From the IMG/VR virus record IMGVR_UViG_2541047873_000001: 64,000 bases of DNA; one strand, 5' to 3'. The number at the start of each line of letters is the position of its first letter. The first letter of the stretch is position 1. The stretch is from a virus. Its lineage: Duplodnaviria > Heunggongvirae > Uroviricota > Caudoviricetes. Positions 48,115 to 56,595 of the stretch are shown here, in pieces. The position numbers and the translations under genes are program-made. The notes below the pieces were generated by a model that saw only the letters and a program-made list of their open reading frames with translations, was not told the origin of the DNA and ran no database searches.

Positions 48115-48434
48115 GCTGATTCCCTTTGCTCTTCCTGGATAATGTTGTTGCAATCTTTCACGCACTCGTTGCAGATGAAAACGTTGTCCCCGGCAATTAA
48201 CTTTTTAACGGTGTGCTGGGATTTGTTGCAGAAGCTGCAATAAAGCGTTGGACTGGCTGATACGGATGGTGCGCCAGATGTCAGCCGCGCGATGTCGTTC
48301 TTGCGACGCAATATCACACGGCTGCACTCGACCAGCATCTCCGGGGATATATCCTCCTCCGTGGCGAGCGCCTCCAGACGTTCGAGCAAGCGAAATACTT
48401 TTTCCTGGGTGATTGCAGAATGCGATGTGGTCAT
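48111..48434 (-). CDS. Stand-alone ClpX-type C4 zinc-finger (ZBD-like) protein
   Basis: [39 protein letters not shown] closely parallels the ClpX N-terminal zinc-binding domain; AAGGAGAG RBS; no AAA+ module. Confidence 0.55.
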   Translation of the reverse strand: MTTSHSAITQEKVFRLLERLEALATEEDISPEMLVECSRVILRRKNDIARLTSGAPSVSASPTLYCSFCNKSQHTVKKLIAGDNVFICNECVKDCNNIIQEEQRESA

Positions 48435-48435
48435 C

Positions 48436-49122
48436 TCACTCTCCTTTGAGGCGAATGCCAGCGGCACGGGAATCATTCCATCGCTTTACTTCTTCACGAA
48501 TTACGTCAATGCATTCTTTCGAATCCATTAGGTAATCTTCATCAAAAAGCCTTTCCTGTTCGTTTTCTATCGCAACAATGATTGCTTCAACTAACTTTTG
48601 TGCCTGAGAACCACTTTCTAACTCTGCAATGCGCTTCTCTGCGGCTTCCAGCTTCTCGCGCATATCGTCAACGTACTCGACCAGAGATCCGCCAGCAGGA
48701 ATTTCGCACTCCTCGACCAGTTGGAAGTAGATATCAGCTGCGGCCCGTGTGTTGCTATGCCTAGCGTCGCCCATCTCACCTTCACGAAGAGCATCGCGTT
48801 CGGCGGTAAGATTGGCTATTTTGCTGTCTTTGCCTTCAAGCTCAACGCGCAGCTTCCCTACCGTTAGCGCAATATCCTCGTTCTCCTGGTCGCGGCGTTT
48901 GATGTATTGCTGGTTTCTTTCCCGTTCACCCAGTAGTGCCAGCACGGTTTCTGGTCCGGCCAGAAATTTGAAGGCGTTGAGCGCATCAATATCCACACCG
49001 TAATCTTTAAGTTCCTGTTCACTTAACAAATCATCATCAGCTGGCAACATTAACAGGCGTTCCATTGCTGGAATTGCACGTTCCGCCGCCTCACGCAGTG
49101 CCTGGTAATTAATTTCGCTCAT
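48436..49122 (-). CDS. Ea22-like coiled-coil protein
   Basis: N-terminus [16 protein letters not shown], paralogous to 43248..43979. Confidence 0.5.
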   Translation of the reverse strand: MSEINYQALREAAERAIPAMERLLMLPADDDLLSEQELKDYGVDIDALNAFKFLAGPETVLALLGERERNQQYIKRRDQENEDIALTVGKLRVELEGKDSKIANLTAERDALREGEMGDARHSNTRAAADIYFQLVEECEIPAGGSLVEYVDDMREKLEAAEKRIAELESGSQAQKLVEAIIVAIENEQERLFDEDYLMDSKECIDVIREEVKRWNDSRAAGIRLKGE

Positions 49123-49793
49123 TGGTTGCCTCCTTTGCGAAGCTGGGCAGCGAACCTATCAGCTGCATCCGCGCAAGCAGAAGCAACGGAATCAAAAAAT
49201 GGATCATCTCCTGTATCGCGCATCGTCAAAGCGAATGCCTCCACCCCTTGTGCCTGTATTTCTACAAGGGATGCCTTAGATGTACTGCTTTTCGCCTCGC
49301 CTAATTCGTTATGAGCGATGTTCGCTATACATGCGATGTCTATATCTGGATGATTAATTGGGCAATGGCTAAGAATTGCCTCAAGTGCTGCTTTTTTGCT
49401 TTGGCATTCCGCCACCAGCGCCCCGCAATTGCTTTCCAGCTCTGCAATACACTTTTTAGCGGCCTCCAGCTCAACACGCAGATTCTCAAGCGTTAGAGCC
49501 TTCTCCACGTTCTCGTCCAGCAGTTCAATCACATCAGGATCGCTACCATCAACTACTGATATGCGCGAATTTTTGTAATGCTCGTCAGCATAAGTTCGTC
49601 CAGTTTTGAAGCATCCGTCATCCTCCATGCCGGAACAGGCATAAACAACATGTGATCCAGATATGCGCTGCATTGACATTTCCTCGCCACAAACAGGGCA
49701 TTTAGGCGCTGGTTTCGGTGAATAACGTTCACGTAACGGATAGTAAAGCTCGATCTCCGCCAGTTGCTCTGGCGTTAAACCTTCAGACTTCAT
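49119..49793 (-). CDS. Ea22-like protein with Cys-rich N-terminal region
   Basis: C-terminus matches 47404..48114; CPVCGEE...C..C motif. Confidence 0.45.
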   Translation of the reverse strand: MKSEGLTPEQLAEIELYYPLRERYSPKPAPKCPVCGEEMSMQRISGSHVVYACSGMEDDGCFKTGRTYADEHYKNSRISVVDGSDPDVIELLDENVEKALTLENLRVELEAAKKCIAELESNCGALVAECQSKKAALEAILSHCPINHPDIDIACIANIAHNELGEAKSSTSKASLVEIQAQGVEAFALTMRDTGDDPFFDSVASACADAADRFAAQLRKGGNQ

Positions 49794-50100
49794 GTACTCT
49801 CCTTTCGAAATAAACGTACTGATTAATCATTCCCAGGGGCATTTCGAGTTTTTCTGCGATCTCACGGCGGGGAACACCACACTGATGAAGCTGCCGCGCC
49901 AGTTCTATATCGCTCTGCCGGTATTTGGCTGACTGGTGAAAGTCTCCTTTCAGAATCATGCTGATCCGCAGTTGCCGCGCTTTAGTCCTGACAGCACCAC
50001 CGGTACGCCCGATCAGTCTCCCAATACCCTCGACTGTCATAGTCCCGGCGCACTGGCGGAGTATCATGATTTCTGCCCTTCCCCATCCCCGCCAGCTCAC
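49783..50100 (-). CDS. Hypothetical protein, possible HTH
   Basis: 105 aa; ARQLHQCGVPRREIAEKLEMP resembles a helix-turn-helix. Confidence 0.35.
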   Translation of the reverse strand: MSWRGWGRAEIMILRQCAGTMTVEGIGRLIGRTGGAVRTKARQLRISMILKGDFHQSAKYRQSDIELARQLHQCGVPRREIAEKLEMPLGMINQYVYFERRVHEV

Positions 50101-50708
50101 GCAGAACTCCTTCTAACCAAAAGAACGCCATCTTCAGAAACAACGTTGCAGGACTTCAGGTAATTCATTGCCTCTTTCGGTAATGGATTCTTTGGATCGG
50201 CGCTTGCCAGGGATTTCGATAACCTCATGATAAATTTGATCATTACCTTCTGACGGAGCTTGTGCTCATGAGATGCAGACAGGTAATAGGAAATGGTATG
50301 GGCTAAACGCTCACGAAGCTGTTCTGTGCCGTGATATACAGCAGCGATATCACGCAGTGCATTGACCAGTTCCCGGTAAATATGCGGAGCAACCTGGCAT
50401 TCAATGTTGGTTGGTGACTCATAAATTACATTCAGCCCCAGCTTTTGAGCCAGCTCGTGCTCTGCACGAGCGCCAACTGATTCCTCCCACCCCTTGAGCA
50501 AATAGACCGCATTAGCCGAACGCACCATTGCAAGGCAAATATCCATGTATTCGCTCTGGCAGAGGCCAGCAGGTAACAGCGCCGGATTCAGAACAATATG
50601 CCCTACCTCCATCAGCTCTTTTGCTTTCGAAAAAAACGCTGTGCGGTTGTAGTCGGGATAACCAGTCATCGGACCCGCGATGTAAATTTTCATAATGCGT
50701 TTTGACAT
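50097..50708 (-). CDS. DUF4406 (nucleoside 2-deoxyribosyltransferase-like) protein with extra C-terminal domain
   Basis: MKIYIAGPMTGYPDYNRTAFF...GHIVLNPA signature; ATG at 50706-50708 overlaps the stop of the small ORF upstream (TGATG). Confidence 0.5.
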   Translation of the reverse strand: MSKRIMKIYIAGPMTGYPDYNRTAFFSKAKELMEVGHIVLNPALLPAGLCQSEYMDICLAMVRSANAVYLLKGWEESVGARAEHELAQKLGLNVIYESPTNIECQVAPHIYRELVNALRDIAAVYHGTEQLRERLAHTISYYLSASHEHKLRQKVMIKFIMRLSKSLASADPKNPLPKEAMNYLKSCNVVSEDGVLLVRRSSA

Positions 50709-50860
50709 CAAAGTTTCCCCAGGAACGTTACGCAAAAGTTGATGAGAGCAAAGAGTTCAATGCCCAGCTCAAACAACGCCAGGACAGTGAAAAACAGGGC
50801 ATATAGCAACCCAATTTCTGTACCGGATTGCTGGTGGATTGCACTTATTGCGACAAGCAT
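50708..50860 (-). CDS. Small hydrophobic peptide (~50 aa), first gene of the leftward operon
   Basis: GGAGG RBS, then MLVAISAIHQQSGTEIGLLYALFFTVLALFELGIELFALINFCVTFLGKL; not in the ORF track (under 60 aa). Confidence 0.3.
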   Translation of the reverse strand: MLVAISAIHQQSGTEIGLLYALFFTVLALFELGIELFALINFCVTFLGKL

Positions 50861-50904
50861 CATGACCTCCTGATATAGCGTCTGAAAAAAAGTATCTTCA
50901 TTTT

Positions 50905-50938
50905 GTGTTAGAAAATCAATTTTGATTTTCTAACACAT
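50905..50938. promoter_or_regulatory. 34-bp palindromic operator between divergent operons
   Basis: tgtgttagaaaatcaa-tt-ttgattttctaacaca: perfect 16-bp inverted repeat. Confidence 0.65.
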
Positions 50939-50980
50939 TTGATCAACCATAGCGGCGATGTAGACAAACCGGGTATTTCT

Positions 50981-51556
50981 ATGAAGCAAAGCTATTGGGA
51001 GAAACAGACACAAAAAGCCCTGCAAAAACTGGCTGATCCGAAATGGCGGGAGGAACAAAGGGCAAAGCGTCTTCAGCAAGCTCAACGCCAGCAGCAGCGT
51101 GCGCGAGAAAAAGCCGCATCGCCTGAATATCGGCAAAAGAAAATTGAAAAAGCGAAGCAATATGAACAGCGAAGAAAAGAGAAGGCCGCTTCTGCTCCTG
51201 TCAAAAAAACTCGCGCGTCACGCGGCCTGAAAGGCAGAACACTCACAGCAGATGAGCGCCGGATACAAACTGCCATCGGTGCTCTCCCCTGCATTGCCTG
51301 CCATATGCACGGACAGCATAGCCCTGTGGTATCCCTGCACCACATCTTCGGAAGAACAGCAGAGAACGCGCATAAATACGTCCTCCCTTTGTGTAAATGG
51401 CACCATCAACACGCAGCGCCAGCAGAGATCCGCGAGCAATACCCCTGGTTGGTTCCTGTTCATGCTGATGGAAAAATAGGCGGCAAAGCAGATTTCAGGC
51501 GGCACAATGCTGATGAAATGACGTTGTATCAGATGGTGACTGAATTAATAAATTAA
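50981..51556 (+). CDS. Ref-like HNH-type nuclease (recombination enhancement function-like)
   Basis: Basic N-terminus, then His/Cys cluster CIACHMHGQHSPVVSLHHIFG...PLCKWHH; sits next to an operator as ref does in P1. Start is uncertain (50939 or 50981). Confidence 0.45.
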   Translation: MKQSYWEKQTQKALQKLADPKWREEQRAKRLQQAQRQQQRAREKAASPEYRQKKIEKAKQYEQRRKEKAASAPVKKTRASRGLKGRTLTADERRIQTAIGALPCIACHMHGQHSPVVSLHHIFGRTAENAHKYVLPLCKWHHQHAAPAEIREQYPWLVPVHADGKIGGKADFRRHNADEMTLYQMVTELIN

Positions 51557-51568
51557 TTTTCTAACATT
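51551..51568. promoter_or_regulatory. Operator-like site (AATTAATTTTCTAACATT)
   Basis: Motif copy immediately after the ref-like stop. Confidence 0.45.
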
Positions 51569-51887
51569 TTAAGTTGAATTATGAGATCCACCGTTGTACA
51601 TTCACAACCGATTGGTACACCGGTCAACTTTTTGAGACAAACCGTTTGGTTTTTCGTATGATTGCCGCCGCCATACCAATGGCGGTGCAATATAGGTGGC
51701 TGAAAAGCCCCCGTTGACTCACGGTGTTCCAGCCTTTATTGCGCCGCCACCAGACCGTGGAACAGTCGATGGCGGCTCCGAAAGCAAGGAGTCACTACAC
51801 TATGAACAGCTACTGTCTTTTCCCATCACTCGTTGTCCGCCACTCACGCGATAATCTGCATTCTTTACTCGCGCTGGGGGTGTCAAA

Positions 51888-52055
51888 ATGACCGTTCGCT
51901 ACCTCAACTTTCAAATCCAGAACATCACTGGCGGTTGCTATGACTGGTTTGTCACTCTCGGAAAAGAAGTGATCACCGGGAAGCTGGATGAAGTGAAAGC
52001 TAAAGCAATGGCCTACGCCTGCAAGCAAGCCCAAAAGAAGAAAAGAAAAGCATAA
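51888..52055 (+). CDS. Small basic protein (55 aa), tentative
   Basis: GGGGG RBS then MTVRYLNFQIQNITGGCYDWFVTLGKEV...KKKRKA; terminator follows. Confidence 0.25.
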   Translation: MTVRYLNFQIQNITGGCYDWFVTLGKEVITGKLDEVKAKAMAYACKQAQKKKRKA

Positions 52056-52160
52056 GAAAACACACAGTTGCGCCCTGGCATTATCGTGGGGTATATTTCT
52101 ACGGCACCTTAGAAAAACGGGTGCCGGGATTGGAACCCCGGATAATGCAAAAGGCGACAC

Positions 52161-52184
52161 AGACGCCGAAAGCGTCTTTTTTTG
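52161..52184 (+). terminator. Rho-independent terminator
   Basis: agacgccgaaagcgtct hairpin plus a T7 run. Confidence 0.6.
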
Positions 52185-52199
52185 TGTCATGCCATCGCA

Positions 52200-52345
52200 C
52201 AGCCATGCGTAGCGTTTAGCTCAGAGATCAATGGTAGTGCTGGCTGGGCTGCCGAAAGGCAGGCCGGTTCCCTTTTGCGCCGGTAGTTCCAACCCAGTCA
52301 GTGCTACCGCCATTGAGATTGGAACCTCACGCGGTAGCTCCTTAA
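52200..52345 (+). ncRNA. Candidate C4-like antisense RNA or immI leader, second copy (approximate bounds)
   Basis: GAAA-loop hairpin ggctgccgaaaggcagcc-like and elements complementary to the icd RBS region (ggaggctgcc); same architecture as 14285..14520. Confidence 0.3.
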
Positions 52346-52368
52346 ATTAGCAAAAGGAGGCTGCCAAT

Positions 52369-52584
52369 ATGGCTACTATCCCTACCCCAACTCATTCTGA
52401 ATTTATCTGGCGTTTCTATTCCTGCCAAAAACACCTCTATATCTGCGTAATGGCTGCTACCGAAGCAGAGGCGCGCTCATACCTTCCCGAAGAACCCTGT
52501 ATTTTTGCTGCTCGCTTCACTCTTGATGCGATGGAGATCCTCAATTACTGGAATCTGCCGATGAACTGCGTGGAGGTGCACTGA
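52369..52584 (+). CDS. icd: Icd-like cell division inhibitor, second copy
   Basis: 71 aa, paralog of 14538..14762; overlaps the start of the second Ant gene. Confidence 0.55.
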   Translation: MATIPTPTHSEFIWRFYSCQKHLYICVMAATEAEARSYLPEEPCIFAARFTLDAMEILNYWNLPMNCVEVH

Positions 52585-53525
52585 TGAATCTGTCCATCTC
52601 TCAAAAAGCGACAATGACCAGCATTGAGATCGCGGAACTGGTGGGAAGTCGTCACTCTGATGTTAAACGCAGCATCGAAAGACTTGTTGCTAAAGGAGTT
52701 ATCCAACATACGCCATTGGCTACAGTTGAGAATAATCAATCACTTAGCCCTAATAAATACACAAAAGCCTATTTCTTCGAAGGCGAACAAGGCAAGCGCG
52801 ATAGTATTATCGTCGTCGCGCAGCTCTCTCCGGAATTCACCGCCCGGCTGGTGGACCGCTGGCGCGAACTGGAGAATGTCAGGGGACCGTTAAAATCAAA
52901 AGCCGAAATCCTGGCTGAAATGGCGCAAATGCATCTTGAGCATGAACGCAGGATCAACGCCGTAAATGCCCAGGTAGCCGAGGTATCGGCACAAGTGTCC
53001 AGGGTCACCGAAACACTTGAGCAGATCAAGAAAGGCAATATTCCAGAAGGCTACATTGGCTATCGCCAGTTGGCGGCAAAATGCGGCCTGACTGAAGCCA
53101 AATGCCGCAACCTGGTCAACGCTTACCGGATACCCACTGATACGCATGAGTTTTTAACTCCCGACGGTTTGCTTGCGCGACGCTCCATTGTGGCCCTGGC
53201 CCCCTTCCGGAAAGCCTTTAAGCAGGTTATGTCGGAGGCAGAACCACGTAACAAACGCTGGTATCATCCCAGGATGGGGCTATTTCAGGCCATTCACCAT
53301 CCTGTGCCTGAAAGTCCAAAGGCAAACCTGTCGTTGCATACCGCCAGAGAGAAGATTAAAACAGGGTATGCAACCGTATGCCGTCGAGCATCCTGGCCTG
53401 AAAGTGTCTGGGTATGGCCCGAAAGAGGCTCACGGAAAAACTGGCGCACCATTCGCGACGGCAAGATCTGTGCGATTGATTTACAGCCAGAAGATGTAGC
53501 AGCGACCGACTGGATTGTTAGTTAA
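52584..53525 (+). CDS. ant: Antirepressor (Rha/Ant family) fused to a C-terminal DUF2829-like module
   Basis: Rha-type N-terminus; 56-bp block identical to the first ant; C-terminus TVCRRASWPESVWVWP...AATDWIVS. Confidence 0.7.
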   Translation: MNLSISQKATMTSIEIAELVGSRHSDVKRSIERLVAKGVIQHTPLATVENNQSLSPNKYTKAYFFEGEQGKRDSIIVVAQLSPEFTARLVDRWRELENVRGPLKSKAEILAEMAQMHLEHERRINAVNAQVAEVSAQVSRVTETLEQIKKGNIPEGYIGYRQLAAKCGLTEAKCRNLVNAYRIPTDTHEFLTPDGLLARRSIVALAPFRKAFKQVMSEAEPRNKRWYHPRMGLFQAIHHPVPESPKANLSLHTAREKIKTGYATVCRRASWPESVWVWPERGSRKNWRTIRDGKICAIDLQPEDVAATDWIVS

Positions 53526-53532
53526 TAGATTT

Positions 53533-53555
53533 GCCCCGGTCATGCCGGGGCTTTA
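53533..53555 (+). terminator. Hairpin terminator
   Basis: gccccggtcatgccggggc hairpin plus a short T run. Confidence 0.5.
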
Positions 53556-53563
53556 ACTACTAA

Positions 53564-53902
53564 GTGACCGGACACAGCAAAATGTATGCCACGAAAAAAA
53601 TTGATTTCACTTATTCTTCCGCCACAATTGAGCGGCGCTTCACCCTCATTAGAGAGTTGGAACTGTCAAAAGTCTGGTATCAAATTCTACTGGATGAAGA
53701 GTTCTCACTGATGATAATGGCTAAAAAAGAAGCAATGCCGAATGACCGGCATAAAGTCATTGCCAGCCTTGACCTGGTGACAAACAGATACTGGGAGACA
53801 GAGGAACTGCGTGAAGCGGGAGTAATTCGTGACCTGATGGAGAGTTCCGTTCCCCGCCGCTATCGTGCGGGAAACGAAATCTCCGTGATTAAAGGGGCTT
53901 AA
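53564..53902 (+). CDS. Hypothetical protein
   Basis: 112 aa; start ambiguous (53564 or 53582). Confidence 0.35.
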   Translation: MTGHSKMYATKKIDFTYSSATIERRFTLIRELELSKVWYQILLDEEFSLMIMAKKEAMPNDRHKVIASLDLVTNRYWETEELREAGVIRDLMESSVPRRYRAGNEISVIKGA

Positions 53903-54342
53903 AGCTCACCAGCACGCTGTTTTTCAAGCGTAGATTTAACATTGGGCGCTTTCCCTTTAAAAGAATGGAAAGTGCCACATTTTTCTGTTTTAACCTCGCG
54001 CAGAGCTTCGCCATCGGCGTTCTGCCATTGATGAGATAACGTCATATCACCGCGAGAAGGAACATCCAGCGAGTACAACGTGTAAGTTCCCCCCATCTCG
54101 GCATACTCCTGGAACACATAGCTCATTACGTCAGATTCAGTTTTCCGGTGCGCGTTATCAACCTTATTCCCATTCAGAAATATGGCGTTCGGATAGATTT
54201 TTATATCAAACCTACCGCACTTTACCTGCAAATTCCCAGCATTAGCAATCAAAGGAAAAAACATTAATGCCGCTATAGCCAGCTTATTCAAGTTTGATGT
54301 CTTTGTTGAAGAAAATGGTTTCTCTTTTTTTATGCGTATCAT
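53899..54342 (-). CDS. Exported protein with signal peptide
   Basis: ATG at 54342 with GGAG RBS; N-terminus MIRIKKEK...LAIAALMFFPLIANA is signal-peptide-like. Confidence 0.4.
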   Translation of the reverse strand: MIRIKKEKPFSSTKTSNLNKLAIAALMFFPLIANAGNLQVKCGRFDIKIYPNAIFLNGNKVDNAHRKTESDVMSYVFQEYAEMGGTYTLYSLDVPSRGDMTLSHQWQNADGEALREVKTEKCGTFHSFKGKAPNVKSTLEKQRAGEL

Positions 54343-54385
54343 TTCATTAACTCCAGACATTGTTGTCTTTTCATCCAATTTGAGG

Positions 54386-55015
54386 TTAATTAGTACAATT
54401 CATTTTTGCAGCGACTTCGGCTACCCCACGATCAATGTAAGGCTGCTCACTTAATATCTTTTGGATCTCACTACGAATGCATTCCGCTGTAGGTTGCTTA
54501 GGTGCTTGTTTTTGCTTCGCGGATCGTTCAAGTTCCATCATGTTATTGAATCCTGCCACATCACTTTGCCGAAGCATCCCTTTCCGGATAAGAAACTGCT
54601 GCCCTTCAGGCACCCAAGCCAGCATATACAAAGGCTGCAATAGATCTCCCATTCCTTGCTGACGATAAAGCTCAAACTGCAACACGCCGTTACTTAACAC
54701 CGACATTGTGTCTTTGGTGGAATACCCTGTCTTTTGTATGGCTTTGCCTGTTTCATCTGCTGCATATGCAAATACACAGAACTCAATGTTGCTTTTAAAG
54801 AATGGCTCTACAGGTTTCAGCGGGATATTTTCTTTCTGGCAATAGTTTGAAACTTCATCAGGCGTATAGTTTGTTTTGGCGTTTCGCAACACCTTCAGCC
54901 CAGCCTCATACTTTGCAGGTAACGCGCCTGCATAGGCAGCATTAAGAGAAACTCCCCCCAATATAACCGCGAGCACTGCTCCCAAAACCCTTAACTTCAC
55001 AAAACCATCCTTCAT
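54386..55015 (-). CDS. Exported protein with signal peptide
   Basis: ATG at 55015; N-terminus MKDGFVKLRVLGAVLAVILGGVSLNAAYA is signal-peptide-like. Confidence 0.4.
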   Translation of the reverse strand: MKDGFVKLRVLGAVLAVILGGVSLNAAYAGALPAKYEAGLKVLRNAKTNYTPDEVSNYCQKENIPLKPVEPFFKSNIEFCVFAYAADETGKAIQKTGYSTKDTMSVLSNGVLQFELYRQQGMGDLLQPLYMLAWVPEGQQFLIRKGMLRQSDVAGFNNMMELERSAKQKQAPKQPTAECIRSEIQKILSEQPYIDRGVAEVAAKMNCTN

Positions 55016-55280
55016 GTAAACAAACTGAAGTTTTATGTTACAAAAACAAACATCTACGCCAAAATGACTTAGGCCAAATTCAGCGCGAATAAAAAAATCA
55101 AAAAAATTGTTGACACTATTCTGGAAATCACAATCTGGACAAAATCCATTGCGCAAACGGCTCCCGTTGAAGGTTCTTTTGACGACTAACTTTCAGCCGA
55201 TGCGCGGTAGGGAGTCATAACGCCAAAGCAGGCCGCCATGTGCGGCCTTTTTTTGTGCCTGCTATCGTGGAGTAAAAGCC

Positions 55281-55934
55281 ATGCAAAAGATCGCAATATT
55301 CAGTCTTTCTACTAACAAGCCGCTGATGGCTACGGCAGTCCTGAAAGACGGCGCGCTTGTAATTGACAAAGTAAAGCCGCTCCCTGCATCTGCTATTGAA
55401 CAAAAACGAAAAATTCCACCAGCAATTGCCGAGCTGCGTAAAAGTGAATTTAAGGTGCTGGTTGACGAAATCACGCCAACCATTTCAGCCGGTACAGGTG
55501 CCAGCCAGGTAACATTAAAAACACGGCACGCCGACGGCAGAGCAGCGATCATTGTCGGCATGGAGAGATACCGGGAGCTGAAACTACAAAGGCTGCTATC
55601 CCTGCCTGACAAGAACAAAGGGGCATTTGAGATCCCCGACTCTATCGTCGATACCGAATACAACGGCAACGGTGAAGAGGTTTATCGAGTTAACTGGCAA
55701 GATATCCGACCAGAGCACATCCTGATGATTCTGTGCTGCTATGCAACGGTATACCACAATGTTGCCAGCGCGGATTACCTGAAACAAATGACAGGAGCGG
55801 TAGAGAAAGAAAACAAAGCAGGGATAATGGCCTCGTTCCTGTCCATTATCAGCGATCAAAAAGCTAAAGCAGGAAATACCCAACCAAAATCGCTGGCCGG
55901 GCAAGTAATTGATGAAGATACGGTGATACTTTAA
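55281..55934 (+). CDS. Hypothetical protein
   Basis: 217 aa; preceded by a hairpin plus T-run at 55230-55255. Confidence 0.4.
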   Translation: MQKIAIFSLSTNKPLMATAVLKDGALVIDKVKPLPASAIEQKRKIPPAIAELRKSEFKVLVDEITPTISAGTGASQVTLKTRHADGRAAIIVGMERYRELKLQRLLSLPDKNKGAFEIPDSIVDTEYNGNGEEVYRVNWQDIRPEHILMILCCYATVYHNVASADYLKQMTGAVEKENKAGIMASFLSIISDQKAKAGNTQPKSLAGQVIDEDTVIL

Positions 55935-56265
55935 TCAACTCAGTAGCTTTGTTAACTCCCTTAATACCAGGTAGAAGAGTAACAAAAATACTAACGCCAG
56001 TATTTGCGTGGTCAACGAGGCGTTCATAAACAGAACAATTAGCTTTAACAATTCGAGAATAACGTCCATGTCATTCACACTATTTAATTTTTAATCTACA
56101 GCCAGCAAACAATGAAGCTGGCCCCCGCATAAAGATTAATGAAAGTCACTTGTCACCAGTGAGGGGATTTATGAACCACATCCCCCTGAACTGGTGGACT
56201 GTCTATTTCTCGCATTTCACACCCTGCATACAGTTCCCCCCAGGTTATGACTGTGAGGAACTGTT

Positions 56266-56595
56266 ATGAGTTACAGCAGGCTCGACGATCGATGCATTGA
56301 AGACGATGTGCTGCGCGCACTATTCCATCAGGAGATGATCAAGCGGGTATCGGAGTACCACTCCGATAATTTCCAGTACACGATAAAAATTGATGAGGTT
56401 TATCGCTCAGACCTGGCGGCCTATCGCGCCTATGGCAACGCTGATTTGCGCTGGGTATTTCGCGTGCTGGTGGGCCATGAGTCAGAAATGGAAGAAATGC
56501 CGGTAGGGACAACGTTAACTCTTCCTGACGCAGCATGGCTAAGAAACAAGATTCGCGATTACGCTGGCTCGGCACCGGAGATAGAAAATGCCTGA
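56266..56595 (+). CDS. Hypothetical protein
   Basis: 109 aa, coupled to the next gene. Confidence 0.4.
   Translation: MSYSRLDDRCIEDDVLRALFHQEMIKRVSEYHSDNFQYTIKIDEVYRSDLAAYRAYGNADLRWVFRVLVGHESEMEEMPVGTTLTLPDAAWLRNKIRDYAGSAPEIENA

Noticed and set aside
51810-52190. 126-aa minus-strand ORF upstream of the second icd.
   Set aside because: Overlaps a strong plus-strand terminator and a better-supported small plus-strand ORF; no RBS.
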